The notes beneath the pieces are model-generated. The model did not search any database. It was given only the letters and a program-made list of their open reading frames with translations, and was not told where the DNA came from. A program made the position numbers and the translations under genes. From Candidatus Aminicenantes bacterium (GTDB lineage: Bacteria > Acidobacteriota > Aminicenantia > UBA2199), in NCBI GenBank assembly GCA_963822075.1, contig CAWGGP010000011.1, positions 98,386-162,385 on the forward strand: a stretch of 64,000 nucleotides of DNA. The letters are read 5' to 3'. Positions 20,915-30,191 of this stretch are shown here, one piece after another. Numbering within the stretch: the stretch's first letter is position 1; each line of letters opens with the position of its first letter.

Positions 20915-21318
20915 ACGTGCTCGAAATAATTCTGCAGGATGACCTGGGCGGCCAGGCTGTCCAGGAACGACTTGCGCTTGCGGAAATCGGGCTCCATCTC
21001 CTTGGCCAGCTCCTCGGCGGCGAAGCTGCTCAGCTTTTCATCGACCCGTTCAATGGGCAGGGCGATGCGCTTGGCCAAAAAAGAGATGAAGCGGTCGACC
21101 GCGGTGCAGGCCGGCCCGCGGCTGCCGTCCATGTTCAGGGGGTAGCCGACCACGATGCGCTCCACCTCGAACTCCCCCACCCGCTTCACGATCTCGTCCA
21201 GCACGACCTGGAGGTCGACGGCAATGACCTGGCCCAGGGGGGTGGCGACGCGGGTCACGGAGTTGCCCACGGCCAGGCCGATGCGCCGGCTGCCGTAATC
21301 AACGGCCAAGACCTTCAT
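20911..21318 (-). CDS. ruvX: Pre-16S rRNA nuclease / Holliday-junction-resolvase-like YqgF
   Basis: MKVLAVDYGSRRIGLAVGN..VVGYPLNMDGS. Confidence 0.9.
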   Translation of the reverse strand: MKVLAVDYGSRRIGLAVGNSVTRVATPLGQVIAVDLQVVLDEIVKRVGEFEVERIVVGYPLNMDGSRGPACTAVDRFISFLAKRIALPIERVDEKLSSFAAEELAKEMEPDFRKRKSFLDSLAAQVILQNYFEHV

Positions 21319-22351
21319 CGACGTTTTCCTTGCGTCTCTGGAAATGAGAGAAGCCGTAGGCGATCAGGCGGTCGAGAAGCTGGCTGAAGGAGATGCCCTG
21401 CGCCTCCCACAGTTTGGGGAACATGCTGATGGCGGTGAAGCCGGGGATGGTGTTGATCTCGTTGACCAGGATCTCGTTGCTCCCCTTTTCCAGGAACAGG
21501 TCGACCCTGGCGTAGCCGTTGAGGAACAGGCTGCGGTAGGCCTTGTGGGCCGTTTTCCTGACCCTGGCTTCGATCTCGTCGCCCAGGCGCACCGGGATGC
21601 GGAACTGCGTCTTGCCGTCCAGGTACTTGTCCGCGTAATCGTAAAATTCGCGCGACGGCAGGAGTTCGCCCGGGCTGGAGACCATGAGCTCCTCGTTGCC
21701 CATGACCGAGACCTCGAGTTCGCGCATGTCGACGGCCTTCTCGATGATGATCTTGTTGTCGTAGCCGAAGGCGAGGTCCGCCGCGGCCAGCAGTTCGCCG
21801 GCGTCCTTGGCCTTGCGAATGCCCACCGAGGAGCCCAGCGAACAGGGCTTGACGAAGACGGGGAAGCCGAGCTTCTTCGCCACCAGCTCGCCGATCTGCT
21901 CATGGTTGTTCTCGATGAAATACAGGTAGGGGGCCTGCTTCAGCCCCGCCTGCGCGAAGAGCATCTTGGAGGCGACCTTGTCCATGGCCAGCTGCGAGGA
22001 GAAGCTGCCGGCGCCGACGAAGGGCTTGCCGGCCATCTCGAACAGCCCCTGGATGCGGCCGTCCTCCCCGTTGGGGCCGTGCAGCGCCGGGAAATAGATG
22101 TCGGCGTCAAAAGCCTCGGTCAGCTTCGAGCCCCAGGGCAGGAATGAGTGGAATTTTTCTTTCTTCAGCTCTTCCTCTTTGAAGCTTGCGTTCCCGGTCA
22201 GGCACCACTCCCCCGCCCGGTTGATATAGATCAGGAAGGGCTCGTACTTTTCCTTGTCCAGATGCTGGTAAATGGCCGCCGCCGAGTTCAGCGATACCGC
22301 GTGCTCGGCCGACTTGCCGCCGAAGATCAATCCGACCTTAGTCTTTTTCAT
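21299..22351 (-). CDS. ddl: D-alanine--D-alanine ligase
   Basis: KVGLIFGGKSAEHAVSL..ALHGPNGEDGRIQGLFE..FVKPCSLGSSVGI..EINTIPGFT. Confidence 0.9.
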   Translation of the reverse strand: MKKTKVGLIFGGKSAEHAVSLNSAAAIYQHLDKEKYEPFLIYINRAGEWCLTGNASFKEEELKKEKFHSFLPWGSKLTEAFDADIYFPALHGPNGEDGRIQGLFEMAGKPFVGAGSFSSQLAMDKVASKMLFAQAGLKQAPYLYFIENNHEQIGELVAKKLGFPVFVKPCSLGSSVGIRKAKDAGELLAAADLAFGYDNKIIIEKAVDMRELEVSVMGNEELMVSSPGELLPSREFYDYADKYLDGKTQFRIPVRLGDEIEARVRKTAHKAYRSLFLNGYARVDLFLEKGSNEILVNEINTIPGFTAISMFPKLWEAQGISFSQLLDRLIAYGFSHFQRRKENVDEGLGR

Positions 22352-24329
22352 AATAGTACCTGTAGAAGAAGTAATTGCGCAGGATATTTTTAACATAATT
22401 CCGCGTTTCTGAAAAGGGGATCATCTCGATGAACTCCTCCTCGTCGGCGTCGGGGAAGTCCCGCAGCCACTGGTCGACGCGGGCGGTGCCGGCGTTGTAG
22501 GCGGCGAGCGCCAGGTACAGCCTGCCGTCGTAGCGGTCCAGCAGGGTCTTCAGGTATTGCAGCCCCAGGCGGATGTTGATCTCCGGGTCGTACAGGTCCT
22601 TGACCTTGACCTTGAGGTCGCTGCCCGAGGCGATGTCGCGCGCCGTGCCGTGCAGCAGCTGCATCAGGCCGAAGGCGTTCGCCGCCGAGCGCACGTCGGG
22701 TCGGAAAAAGGATTCCTCGCGGATCAGGGAGAGCACCAGGGCGGGGTCCACCTCCTGCTCCTTGCTGTAGGCGGAGATCAGGTCGCCATACGGGCGCGGG
22801 AAAAAGATGCCGCTCAGGAAATTGGGCAGGTGCACGCTCTCGAGCAGGCGGAAATTGGCGCGGAACTGGTCGAAGGCCAGGAAATAGCGGCTCTGCCGGT
22901 AGTAGAGCAGGGACTCGATGATCTTCAGCAGGTTGAGGTCGCAGGCGCCGAGGCGCGGGTCGCTCTTGGCCCAGCGGATGGTCTCGGCGGCCTCGTCCCA
23001 CAGCCGGTACTTGGCCAGCAGCTTCAGGTCGGCGACGATCTCCAGGATGCGCCCCCCCGGCGGGTCGTCGATGCCGCAAAGGAACTCCTGGTTCAGGTCC
23101 CTGAAGCGCTCCTTCTCCCCCAGCACCTTGACCGCGTAATAGGAAAAAGGATAGGCGGAGAGCTCGGGCGTCGTCCCGTCGCCCAGCTTGCCCCGCCAGT
23201 AGCGCGAAGCGATGCGGTAGGCCGGGATGGTGGATTCGCTGCCCAGGCGGAAATACTCCAGCGCTTTTTCCTTTTCCCCCTGGCGGTAATGGATCCAGGC
23301 CAGGAGCCAGGCGGTTTTCCAGTAATCGTCGTCTTTTTCCGTGCTCGCTTCGAGGTAACGCTCGTAGTAAGGCAGGGCGGCGGCGAACTCCCTCTTCCCC
23401 AGCAGGATCTGCCCCAGGTCGAACAGGACCGAGGGCACCAGGGACGAATTCGCGCCGATCTGCTTCAGGCGCTCGTCCACGTCCAGGGCGGGGTCGTCGC
23501 GGATATCGAGCTTCACCAGGATCTTCTGGCCGAAGGCCCGGTATTTTTCGGGCAGCGGGGCGCGCAGCAGCTGGCGGGCCTGGGCGTACGTGCGGCCGGC
23601 ATAGGCGAATTCGGCCTGGAACAGGCGGTTCAGGTCGCGGAAGGGGCCGTAGGGCAGCTCGCGCTTGAACTCGCTGCCGTCGTTGTTCCTCAGTAAAAAC
23701 GAGTATTTGGCGAACCAGTCGGCTTCGCGCAAGGGCCGCAACAGGACCGCCAGCGAGGGCCGCGAAAGCAATTGCGTGAAGGGCTGCAGCCGCTCCTTGG
23801 CGAACATGGGCTTGAATTCGCCCGACGCCTGCTGCGGGCGATCGGTCTTCAGCAGGCAGTTCAGCCACATGATCCGGATCTCCAGGGCGGCGTCGGGATG
23901 GGCGGCGAAATACGAAACGAAATCCCCGTACTTCTTGCCGATGTACAGGCTTTTCAGGCGCAGGGTGTCGCGACGGGCCGCCAGGAAGGGATAGCGGTCG
24001 GGAACGAGGTCGAGAGCCGCCGCGCAGGCGGCGTATTTTTTTTCCGCGAAAAACTCCTGTGCGCGCTTCAGGTCCTCGATGGCGGCCAGCAGGGGGTTAT
24101 CCAGGTCGGCGTTTTCCACCGCGGCGGGCGCCGGGTCGCTGGCCAGGAAGGCGTTCAAAATGCGGTAATTCTGGAAAAGCTGCCTGCGGTCCACCACCGG
24201 GCGCTTTTCGGGAACCGGGGCTTCCCGGAAAAACCAGGTCACGCCGTAGGCCGCGGCGAACGAAAAAATGACGACCTGGGAGAAAAGGAGGGTATAGGGT
24301 GTGCTGCCGCCTTTATTTATAAACTTCAA
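22338..24329 (-). CDS. slt: Soluble lytic murein transglycosylase (superhelical N-domain + SLT domain)
   Basis: C-terminal SLT motifs: LIREESFFRPDVRSAANAFGLMQLL..LALAAYNAGTARV. The N-terminus is long and helical/TPR-like. Confidence 0.8.
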   Translation of the reverse strand: MKFINKGGSTPYTLLFSQVVIFSFAAAYGVTWFFREAPVPEKRPVVDRRQLFQNYRILNAFLASDPAPAAVENADLDNPLLAAIEDLKRAQEFFAEKKYAACAAALDLVPDRYPFLAARRDTLRLKSLYIGKKYGDFVSYFAAHPDAALEIRIMWLNCLLKTDRPQQASGEFKPMFAKERLQPFTQLLSRPSLAVLLRPLREADWFAKYSFLLRNNDGSEFKRELPYGPFRDLNRLFQAEFAYAGRTYAQARQLLRAPLPEKYRAFGQKILVKLDIRDDPALDVDERLKQIGANSSLVPSVLFDLGQILLGKREFAAALPYYERYLEASTEKDDDYWKTAWLLAWIHYRQGEKEKALEYFRLGSESTIPAYRIASRYWRGKLGDGTTPELSAYPFSYYAVKVLGEKERFRDLNQEFLCGIDDPPGGRILEIVADLKLLAKYRLWDEAAETIRWAKSDPRLGACDLNLLKIIESLLYYRQSRYFLAFDQFRANFRLLESVHLPNFLSGIFFPRPYGDLISAYSKEQEVDPALVLSLIREESFFRPDVRSAANAFGLMQLLHGTARDIASGSDLKVKVKDLYDPEINIRLGLQYLKTLLDRYDGRLYLALAAYNAGTARVDQWLRDFPDADEEEFIEMIPFSETRNYVKNILRNYFFYRYYYEKD

Positions 24330-25131
24330 AATTATAGCCCTTCAGGGCCCGGCGGTCCCCCTTGGCCAGGATGTTGACCATCTGCTCCTCGAAATAGCGC
24401 AGGTCGCTCGAGCGGCGCAGGTACAGCTCCTTGGCCTGCAGCAGGGTCTCCTTCAGCACCTCGTACAGGTTCTGGTGCTTGATGCCGTCTTCCACCACTT
24501 TCTTGTTGTACAGGATGATGTCGTTGATGATCACCCGGGCGTAGCGCTCGGGGTCGTTCTCGCGCACCGGGGCGGATGTCTTTTCGAATTCATCGGAACG
24601 CTCGAAGACCTTGTGCTCCACCTCGGTATCCTCGACGAATTCCTGGGTCTTGATCTTGGCCAGCAGCTTCTGGCGGATGGGCAGCATGTCCAGGCTGAGC
24701 TCGCCCACCGTGGCCAGGATCTCGATGACCTTGGCCTTGATCGGGGCGCCGGTCAGGGAGTCGGCGTAGATCACCGCCTGGGGCTTGCCCTTGACGAAGA
24801 ACGGCATGACCAGGATCTTCTTGGGCTTGCCGCCGCCGAAGCGGTTGTAGATCAGGAAATCGTCGGGCTTGTAGATGGGTTCGCCGGAGTAGCTCTTCTT
24901 GGTCTCGATGACGTTTTTCAGGACGGTGTTGGCCGATAGCGAGAAGAAGATGCGCTTCAGCTCCTCGTCGTTGATCTGGCCGTCGGCGCCGGAAAAGCCC
25001 TTGCCCCTCCAGCCGACCAGCTTGTCGTCGCGCAGCAGGAAAAGCGCGGCCCGGTCGCAGCAGCCCTGGATGCCGTCGATGATGCTGCCGATCAGCAGCA
25101 GCTGGTTCGACGCCGACGAGATCTTTTTCAC
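24313..25131 (-). CDS. GAF-like domain protein, function unknown
   Basis: 272-aa intact ORF. The N-terminal half (LIGSIIDGIQGCCDRAALFLLRDDKLVGWRGKGF..PFFVKGKPQAVIYAD) looks GAF-like to me. The C-terminal half is helical. Confidence 0.5.
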   Translation of the reverse strand: MKKISSASNQLLLIGSIIDGIQGCCDRAALFLLRDDKLVGWRGKGFSGADGQINDEELKRIFFSLSANTVLKNVIETKKSYSGEPIYKPDDFLIYNRFGGGKPKKILVMPFFVKGKPQAVIYADSLTGAPIKAKVIEILATVGELSLDMLPIRQKLLAKIKTQEFVEDTEVEHKVFERSDEFEKTSAPVRENDPERYARVIINDIILYNKKVVEDGIKHQNLYEVLKETLLQAKELYLRRSSDLRYFEEQMVNILAKGDRRALKGYNFEVYK

Positions 25132-25168
25132 GTATTCGCTTAAAGAGGCGATGTCCGCCGCTCCGTCC

Positions 25169-25351
25169 TCATCCTTGTCCGGTCCGCGTCAACTCCTTGG
25201 GCATGGTGAACTTGGTCAGTTCGTCCAGGTCCTTGAGCTTCTCGATGTCCCGGAACAGGTTGCTTTGGAACGAATCGATGCGGTTCAGCAGCAGCTGCAT
25301 CTTGTCGCTGATCACCTTTTCGACGAAATTCCTGATTTCCTCGTTTTTCAT
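25169..25351 (-). CDS. Small (60 aa) helical hypothetical protein
   Basis: MKNEEIRNFVEKVISDKMQLLLNRIDSFQSNLFRDIEKLKDLDEL.. lies between the phosphoesterase and GAF genes on the same strand. The longer listed ORF (to 25453) would overlap the upstream gene. Confidence 0.35.
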   Translation of the reverse strand: MKNEEIRNFVEKVISDKMQLLLNRIDSFQSNLFRDIEKLKDLDELTKFTMPKELTRTGQG

Positions 25352-25370
25352 GGGCTCCTCCTTGGCGACC

Positions 25371-26108
25371 TCACACGCCTGCCTCCAGGCGGCTGGCCAA
25401 AAGTTCGGGCAATCCGGCCTCGCGGATCTTTTTCTGCGTCTTGCCCACTTCATATGTGAAGCGGTTGAAACTGATTTCCATCTTGGTCGAATCGAACACG
25501 ATGTAACTGGAAGCCGGGTTCTTGTCGCGCGGCTGGCCGATGGAGCCGGGGTTGATCAGGTAGCGGGTGTTGGCGTCGAGCTTGATGCGCGTGTTCTCGC
25601 TCAAGGGGACGACGTCCAGCTTCTCGTTGCGCAGGTAGTAGATGATGGGGAAATGGGTGTGGCCGAAAAAACCGATCGAGGTCTCCATGAACTTGAAGGA
25701 CTCGCTGGCTTCGAACTGGGAGAAGACGTAATAATCCTCGTCGAAGGTGGAACCGTGGCAGATGGTGATGAAACGGTCGATGACCTGCGGCCCTTTCGCC
25801 AGCTTCTTCAGGTACTGGAAATTCGCCGGCGAGATCTTCAGCTTGCTCCACTCGGCGGAAAAGGCGGCGGCCGGGTTGAACAGCGAGGACGACTCCAGGT
25901 CGGCGATGACCTTGTCGTGGTTGCCGCGCACGGCCCGCAGGTTCGGCAGCTGGCGGAATTGGGAGATCACTTCGTCGGGGTTGGGGCCGTAGCCGACCAG
26001 GTCGCCGAGGAACAGGATCTTGTCGATGTTTTTCACCTTCTTCTGGGCGAGGAACTTCTCGAAGGCCTCGACGTTGCTGTGGATGTCACTGAATACGAGA
26101 TAGCGCAC
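25371..26108 (-). CDS. Calcineurin-like metallophosphoesterase (YfcE/MJ0936-like)
   Basis: MRYLVFSDIHSN..LFLGDLVGYGPNP..VRGNHD..FGHTH..NPGSIGQPRD. Confidence 0.8.
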   Translation of the reverse strand: MRYLVFSDIHSNVEAFEKFLAQKKVKNIDKILFLGDLVGYGPNPDEVISQFRQLPNLRAVRGNHDKVIADLESSSLFNPAAAFSAEWSKLKISPANFQYLKKLAKGPQVIDRFITICHGSTFDEDYYVFSQFEASESFKFMETSIGFFGHTHFPIIYYLRNEKLDVVPLSENTRIKLDANTRYLINPGSIGQPRDKNPASSYIVFDSTKMEISFNRFTYEVGKTQKKIREAGLPELLASRLEAGV

Positions 26109-26979
26109 GGGTCACCGTTTGGTAAAGTCGTTCGGCATGATAGGAACTCCGGACGAAGGGACCGGACTCCACCCCCAGGAAACCGTGGCCCAGCGCCGAC
26201 TCCTTGAGGTCGGCGAATTCGGCCGGGGAATAATAGCGGCTGACCTCGAGGTGGCGGTGGTCGGGCTGCAGGTATTGGCCGATGGTCAGCACGTCCACTC
26301 CCCGCTCGCGCAAAACCAGGAACAATTCCTCGATCTCGACCGCCGACTCGCCCAGGCCGACCATCAGGCCGGTCTTGGTGATCCAGCCCCGCTCCTTGCC
26401 GCGCTCCAGGATGCGCAGCGAGCGGTCGAACGCCGCCGGCCGGCGGTTCACCCTGGCGTACAGCGAAGGCACCGTCTCCACGTTGTGGGCCAGGACGTCG
26501 GGCCCGGCGTCCAGCACCGGGTCCAGGCAGTCGTGGCGCCCGTCGAAATCGGGCACCAGGACCTCGACCTTGAGCTGCGGGCGCTCGCGCTTCAGGGTGG
26601 CGATGATCCCGGCGATGTGGCGGCTGCCCTTGTCCGGGAGGTCGTCGCGGGTCACCGACGTGACCACCGCGTAGTTCAGGTCCATCAGCCCCGCCACCTC
26701 CGCCACCTTCCGGCCTTCGTCCGGGTCCAGGGGGGCGGGCAGGCCGCCGGCGACCGCGCAGAAGCGGCAGTCTCGCGTGCAGATGTCGCCCATGACCAGG
26801 AACGTGGCCTGGTTGGCGTTCCAGCACTCATGGGCGTTCGGGCACCTGGCGCTCTGGCAGATGGTGTGCAAACCGCTCTTTTCCAGCTTGTTTTTCAAGG
26901 CAAAATAGGCGTCCCCGCCCGGCAGGCGCGTTTTGAGCCAGTCGGGCTTTTTCCGGCGGATCGCCTCGGCGCTTGTCAT
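26086..26979 (-). CDS. lipA: Lipoyl synthase
   Basis: KPDWLK..TICQSARCPNAHECW..ATFLVMGDICTRDCRFCAV. The start is taken at MTSAEAI (26979). Confidence 0.9.
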   Translation of the reverse strand: MTSAEAIRRKKPDWLKTRLPGGDAYFALKNKLEKSGLHTICQSARCPNAHECWNANQATFLVMGDICTRDCRFCAVAGGLPAPLDPDEGRKVAEVAGLMDLNYAVVTSVTRDDLPDKGSRHIAGIIATLKRERPQLKVEVLVPDFDGRHDCLDPVLDAGPDVLAHNVETVPSLYARVNRRPAAFDRSLRILERGKERGWITKTGLMVGLGESAVEIEELFLVLRERGVDVLTIGQYLQPDHRHLEVSRYYSPAEFADLKESALGHGFLGVESGPFVRSSYHAERLYQTVTRALSRIQ

Positions 26980-28175
26980 TTGCTCGTGTGCCCGGGTTTC
27001 ACCAGGTACAATTCCAGCTGGGGTTGGGAAAGGTATTCGGCGCCGCCGGCGGTGATGACCACCATCTCCTCGACCGTGGCCACCCCGAAGTCCTTGATAT
27101 AGATCCGCGGCTCGATGGTGAACACCTGGTCCTTTTCCAGGGGGGTGAAGGGCAGGTTGCCGTAGCGTTCCCACGCCGGCGCCAGCAGCGCGCCGCCGTC
27201 GTGGGCGTAGCGCCCCACCTGGTGCCCGAGGGCGTGGGGATACTCGTCATAGCCCTGGGAGACGATATGCTGGCGGGCGGCGGAGTCGATGTCCAGCCCG
27301 CGCGCTCCGGGCTTCAGCGCCACGAAAGCCAGGCGGATCGACTCGAGCAGGACGGCGAAGCCGCGAGCGACTTCGGGCGGCGCCTGCTTCTCCCCCGGGC
27401 GCAGGATGTACCAGGTCCGCTGCAGGTCGGAGCAGTATTTTTCGACCTTGACCCCGAAATCGATGTTGAAGATGTGGCCGGGACGCAGGACGTTGCCCGT
27501 GGGCGAAGAATGGGCGCCGATCTCCTGGGGGCCGCTGAACACCGCCGGGCAGCTGCTCACTTCCCAGGCGGGCTCGAGCCCCATTTTCTCGCGCTGGCCG
27601 GTGATCCAGGCGGCCAGCTCCTTTTCGCTCATCCCCGGCCGCACCGCCCCGCCCACCCGGCCATAGATATCCAGGGTCTTCTGGCAGGCGCTCTTGAGGC
27701 GGCGCAACTCCTCGGGCGACTTGCGGCCGCGGAGCTTGGCGATCACGTCCTCGGCCGAGACCAGCCGGCCGGCGAAGTCGGTCCCTTTCAGCAGCTCCAG
27801 CAGGTTCAGGTAGTTGCCGTGGGTCAGGCCGTCGGCGGCGGCGCAGTCCGGCGAATAGTCGATGGCGATCTTTTTGGGGTCGTGGCGCTGCAGCATGGCG
27901 AGCAGGTCGGCCTTGGGACTGCCCTTGTAGGCGGTCACGGTATCGAAAAGCCCGGCGCGGCGGAATTTCTCGATGTCCAGGTTGCCGACGATGGCGTGCT
28001 TGCCGCCGCTCTTGAAGAACATGAAAAAGGAGAGCCAGGTGGCGCCGTCGCCGACCACGAAATCCATGATCGGGTCGGTCAGCAGCCCGGATTCGCGGTC
28101 GATGACCATCCACAGGTCGATATCCGTTTCGTTCAGTATCTCGATGGCCTGGGCGATCTTTTCCTTTTCCATCAA
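26976..28175 (-). CDS. M24-family metallopeptidase (Xaa-Pro aminopeptidase/creatinase fold)
   Basis: GHIFNIDFG..HALGHQVGRYAHDGG..VFTIEPRIY..GVATVEEMVVIT are the pita-bread metal ligand motifs. Confidence 0.85.
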   Translation of the reverse strand: MMEKEKIAQAIEILNETDIDLWMVIDRESGLLTDPIMDFVVGDGATWLSFFMFFKSGGKHAIVGNLDIEKFRRAGLFDTVTAYKGSPKADLLAMLQRHDPKKIAIDYSPDCAAADGLTHGNYLNLLELLKGTDFAGRLVSAEDVIAKLRGRKSPEELRRLKSACQKTLDIYGRVGGAVRPGMSEKELAAWITGQREKMGLEPAWEVSSCPAVFSGPQEIGAHSSPTGNVLRPGHIFNIDFGVKVEKYCSDLQRTWYILRPGEKQAPPEVARGFAVLLESIRLAFVALKPGARGLDIDSAARQHIVSQGYDEYPHALGHQVGRYAHDGGALLAPAWERYGNLPFTPLEKDQVFTIEPRIYIKDFGVATVEEMVVITAGGAEYLSQPQLELYLVKPGHTSK

Positions 28176-30187
28176 TCCTCCTTCCTGGCGCTGCGCGAGT
28201 CGAAATAGAGATAGATCGCCAGGGCGATGAACATGACCAGGGAGATGGTCTCGCCGAAGGACTTCTCGGCCCAGCCCAGGTGGATGAAGCGCTCGAAGTT
28301 GAGGTATTTCAGGATGGCGCTGACCACGCCGATGATCGCCCCGCCGGCGATGAAGCCCGAGGCGATGAGGATGCCCTTGTCATAGCGCTTGGTCGCCAGC
28401 TCCTTGTCCTTGCTGGAGCGGCTGACCAGGTAGGCGATCAGGCCGCCGATGACCAGCGGCGTGTTCAGTTCCAGCGGGATGTACATGCCCAGGGCGAAGG
28501 CCAGCGGCGGCACGCCGATGAACTCCATGATCAGCGCGGTCAGGACGCCGACGCCGTAGAGCAGCCAGGGCACCTGCGCCCCCGGGTTCATCAGCGGCTG
28601 GATCAGGGCGGCCATGGCGTTGGCCTGCGGCGCCGTCAGGGCGGAGGTGCTGGTGAAGCCGTAGGTCTGGTTCAGCAGGAAGATGACCAGCCCGACGGTC
28701 AGCGAAGAGAGCAGGATGCCGAGGAACTTGTATTTCTCCTGCTTGGCCGGCGTGGAGCCCAGCCAGTAGCCGATCTTCAGGTCGGTGATGAAGCCGCCCG
28801 ACATGGACAGCGCCGTGCATACCACCCCGCCGATGAGCAGGGCGGCGTACATGCCGTACTGGCCGGTCAGGCCGGCGGCGACCAGCACCAGGCTGCTCAG
28901 GATCAGGGTCATCATGGTCATGCCCGAGACCGGGTTGGTGCCGACGATGGCGATGGCCCGCGCCGCCACCGAGGTGAACAGGAAGCTGATCACGAAGACC
29001 GTGACCATGGCGATCAGGCCGAGCCGCAGGGGGTGCGGCACCGGGCTCAGCACCGAGAAGCTGAAAAACACCCAGATGACCACCGCCGTCACCGCCAGCC
29101 CGAGAATGACGTACTTCATGTTCAGGTCGGTCTGGGTCCGGGGCGTCTTTTCATCGCCCACGGCGGCCTTGCGGAACATCTGCTTGAAGCCCATGCCGAA
29201 GGCCTGGACGATGATCTTCGAGGATTTCAGGATGCCGATGATGCCGGCCATGGCGATGGCGCCGATGCCGATGAAGCGGACGTAGTTGCGGAAGATCTCC
29301 TCGGCGCTCATGGCCGATATCAGCTTGGTGGCGTTGCCCACGAGCTCGGCCGGGATGAACTGGCCGAAATAATAGATCACCGGCACCAGCAGGAACCAGG
29401 AGAGCAGGCTGCCGGCGGCGATGATCGACGTGTATTTGAGGCCGATGATATAGCCGAGCCCGAGGACGGCCGAGAGCACGTCCATTTTGAAGACGATCTT
29501 GGCCTTGTCGGCGAGCGCCCGGCCGACCCCGAAGATGCGGGTGGTGAAGACCTCGTTGAACGCGCCCACCGAATGGACCATGAAATCGAAGACGCCGCCG
29601 ATGATCATGCTCTTGACCAGGATCTTGGCCTGGGCGCCGCCCTTTTCGCCGGCGACCAGCACCTGGGTCGTCGCCGTGGCTTCGGGGAAGGGGAAATGGC
29701 CGTGCATCTCCTTGACGAAATACTTGCGGAACGGGATCAGGAACAGGACGCCCAGCGCCCCGCCCAGGAAGGAGACCATGAATATCTTGAACAGGTCGAA
29801 GCCGACCGTCTTGTCCAGCCCGAGGATGAAAAGGGCCGGCAGGGTGAAAATGGCGCCGGCGACGATCACTCCCGAGGCGGCGCCGATCGACTGGATGATG
29901 ACGTTCTCCAGGATGGTGCTTTTCCTCTTGAAAAGCGGCGAGACGCCGACGGCGATGATGGCGATGGGGATGGCGGCCTCGAACACCTGGCCGATCTTCA
30001 GCCCCAGGAAGGCGGCCGCCGCCGAAAAGACCACGGCCATGATCAGGCCGAGGATCACCGACCGCGCCGTCACTTCCTGCAGCACCGTGCCGGCGGCGAT
30101 GTAAGGGGAGTATTCCTTGCCCGCGGGCAGGACTTCGAATGCGCCTTCGGGCATGCCTTTGACTTCGGGTTCATGGCTCATGGTCAC
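28172..30187 (-). CDS. OPT-family oligopeptide transporter
   Basis: 671 aa and polytopic, with OPT-like segments (REVTARSVILGLIMAVVFSAAAAFLGLKIGQ, PFPEATATTQVL, LKIGYWLGSTPAKQ). Confidence 0.85.
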   Translation of the reverse strand: MTMSHEPEVKGMPEGAFEVLPAGKEYSPYIAAGTVLQEVTARSVILGLIMAVVFSAAAAFLGLKIGQVFEAAIPIAIIAVGVSPLFKRKSTILENVIIQSIGAASGVIVAGAIFTLPALFILGLDKTVGFDLFKIFMVSFLGGALGVLFLIPFRKYFVKEMHGHFPFPEATATTQVLVAGEKGGAQAKILVKSMIIGGVFDFMVHSVGAFNEVFTTRIFGVGRALADKAKIVFKMDVLSAVLGLGYIIGLKYTSIIAAGSLLSWFLLVPVIYYFGQFIPAELVGNATKLISAMSAEEIFRNYVRFIGIGAIAMAGIIGILKSSKIIVQAFGMGFKQMFRKAAVGDEKTPRTQTDLNMKYVILGLAVTAVVIWVFFSFSVLSPVPHPLRLGLIAMVTVFVISFLFTSVAARAIAIVGTNPVSGMTMMTLILSSLVLVAAGLTGQYGMYAALLIGGVVCTALSMSGGFITDLKIGYWLGSTPAKQEKYKFLGILLSSLTVGLVIFLLNQTYGFTSTSALTAPQANAMAALIQPLMNPGAQVPWLLYGVGVLTALIMEFIGVPPLAFALGMYIPLELNTPLVIGGLIAYLVSRSSKDKELATKRYDKGILIASGFIAGGAIIGVVSAILKYLNFERFIHLGWAEKSFGETISLVMFIALAIYLYFDSRSARKED

Positions 30188-30191
30188 CTCT

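Noticed and set aside
26033-27174. Extended N-terminus of lipA (listed start 27174) and overlapping ORFs 26033-26827(-) and 26119-27102(+).
   Set aside because: The 65 residues before MTSAEAI are Gly/Arg/His-rich and overlap the M24 peptidase gene. The other ORFs are shadow frames of lipA.
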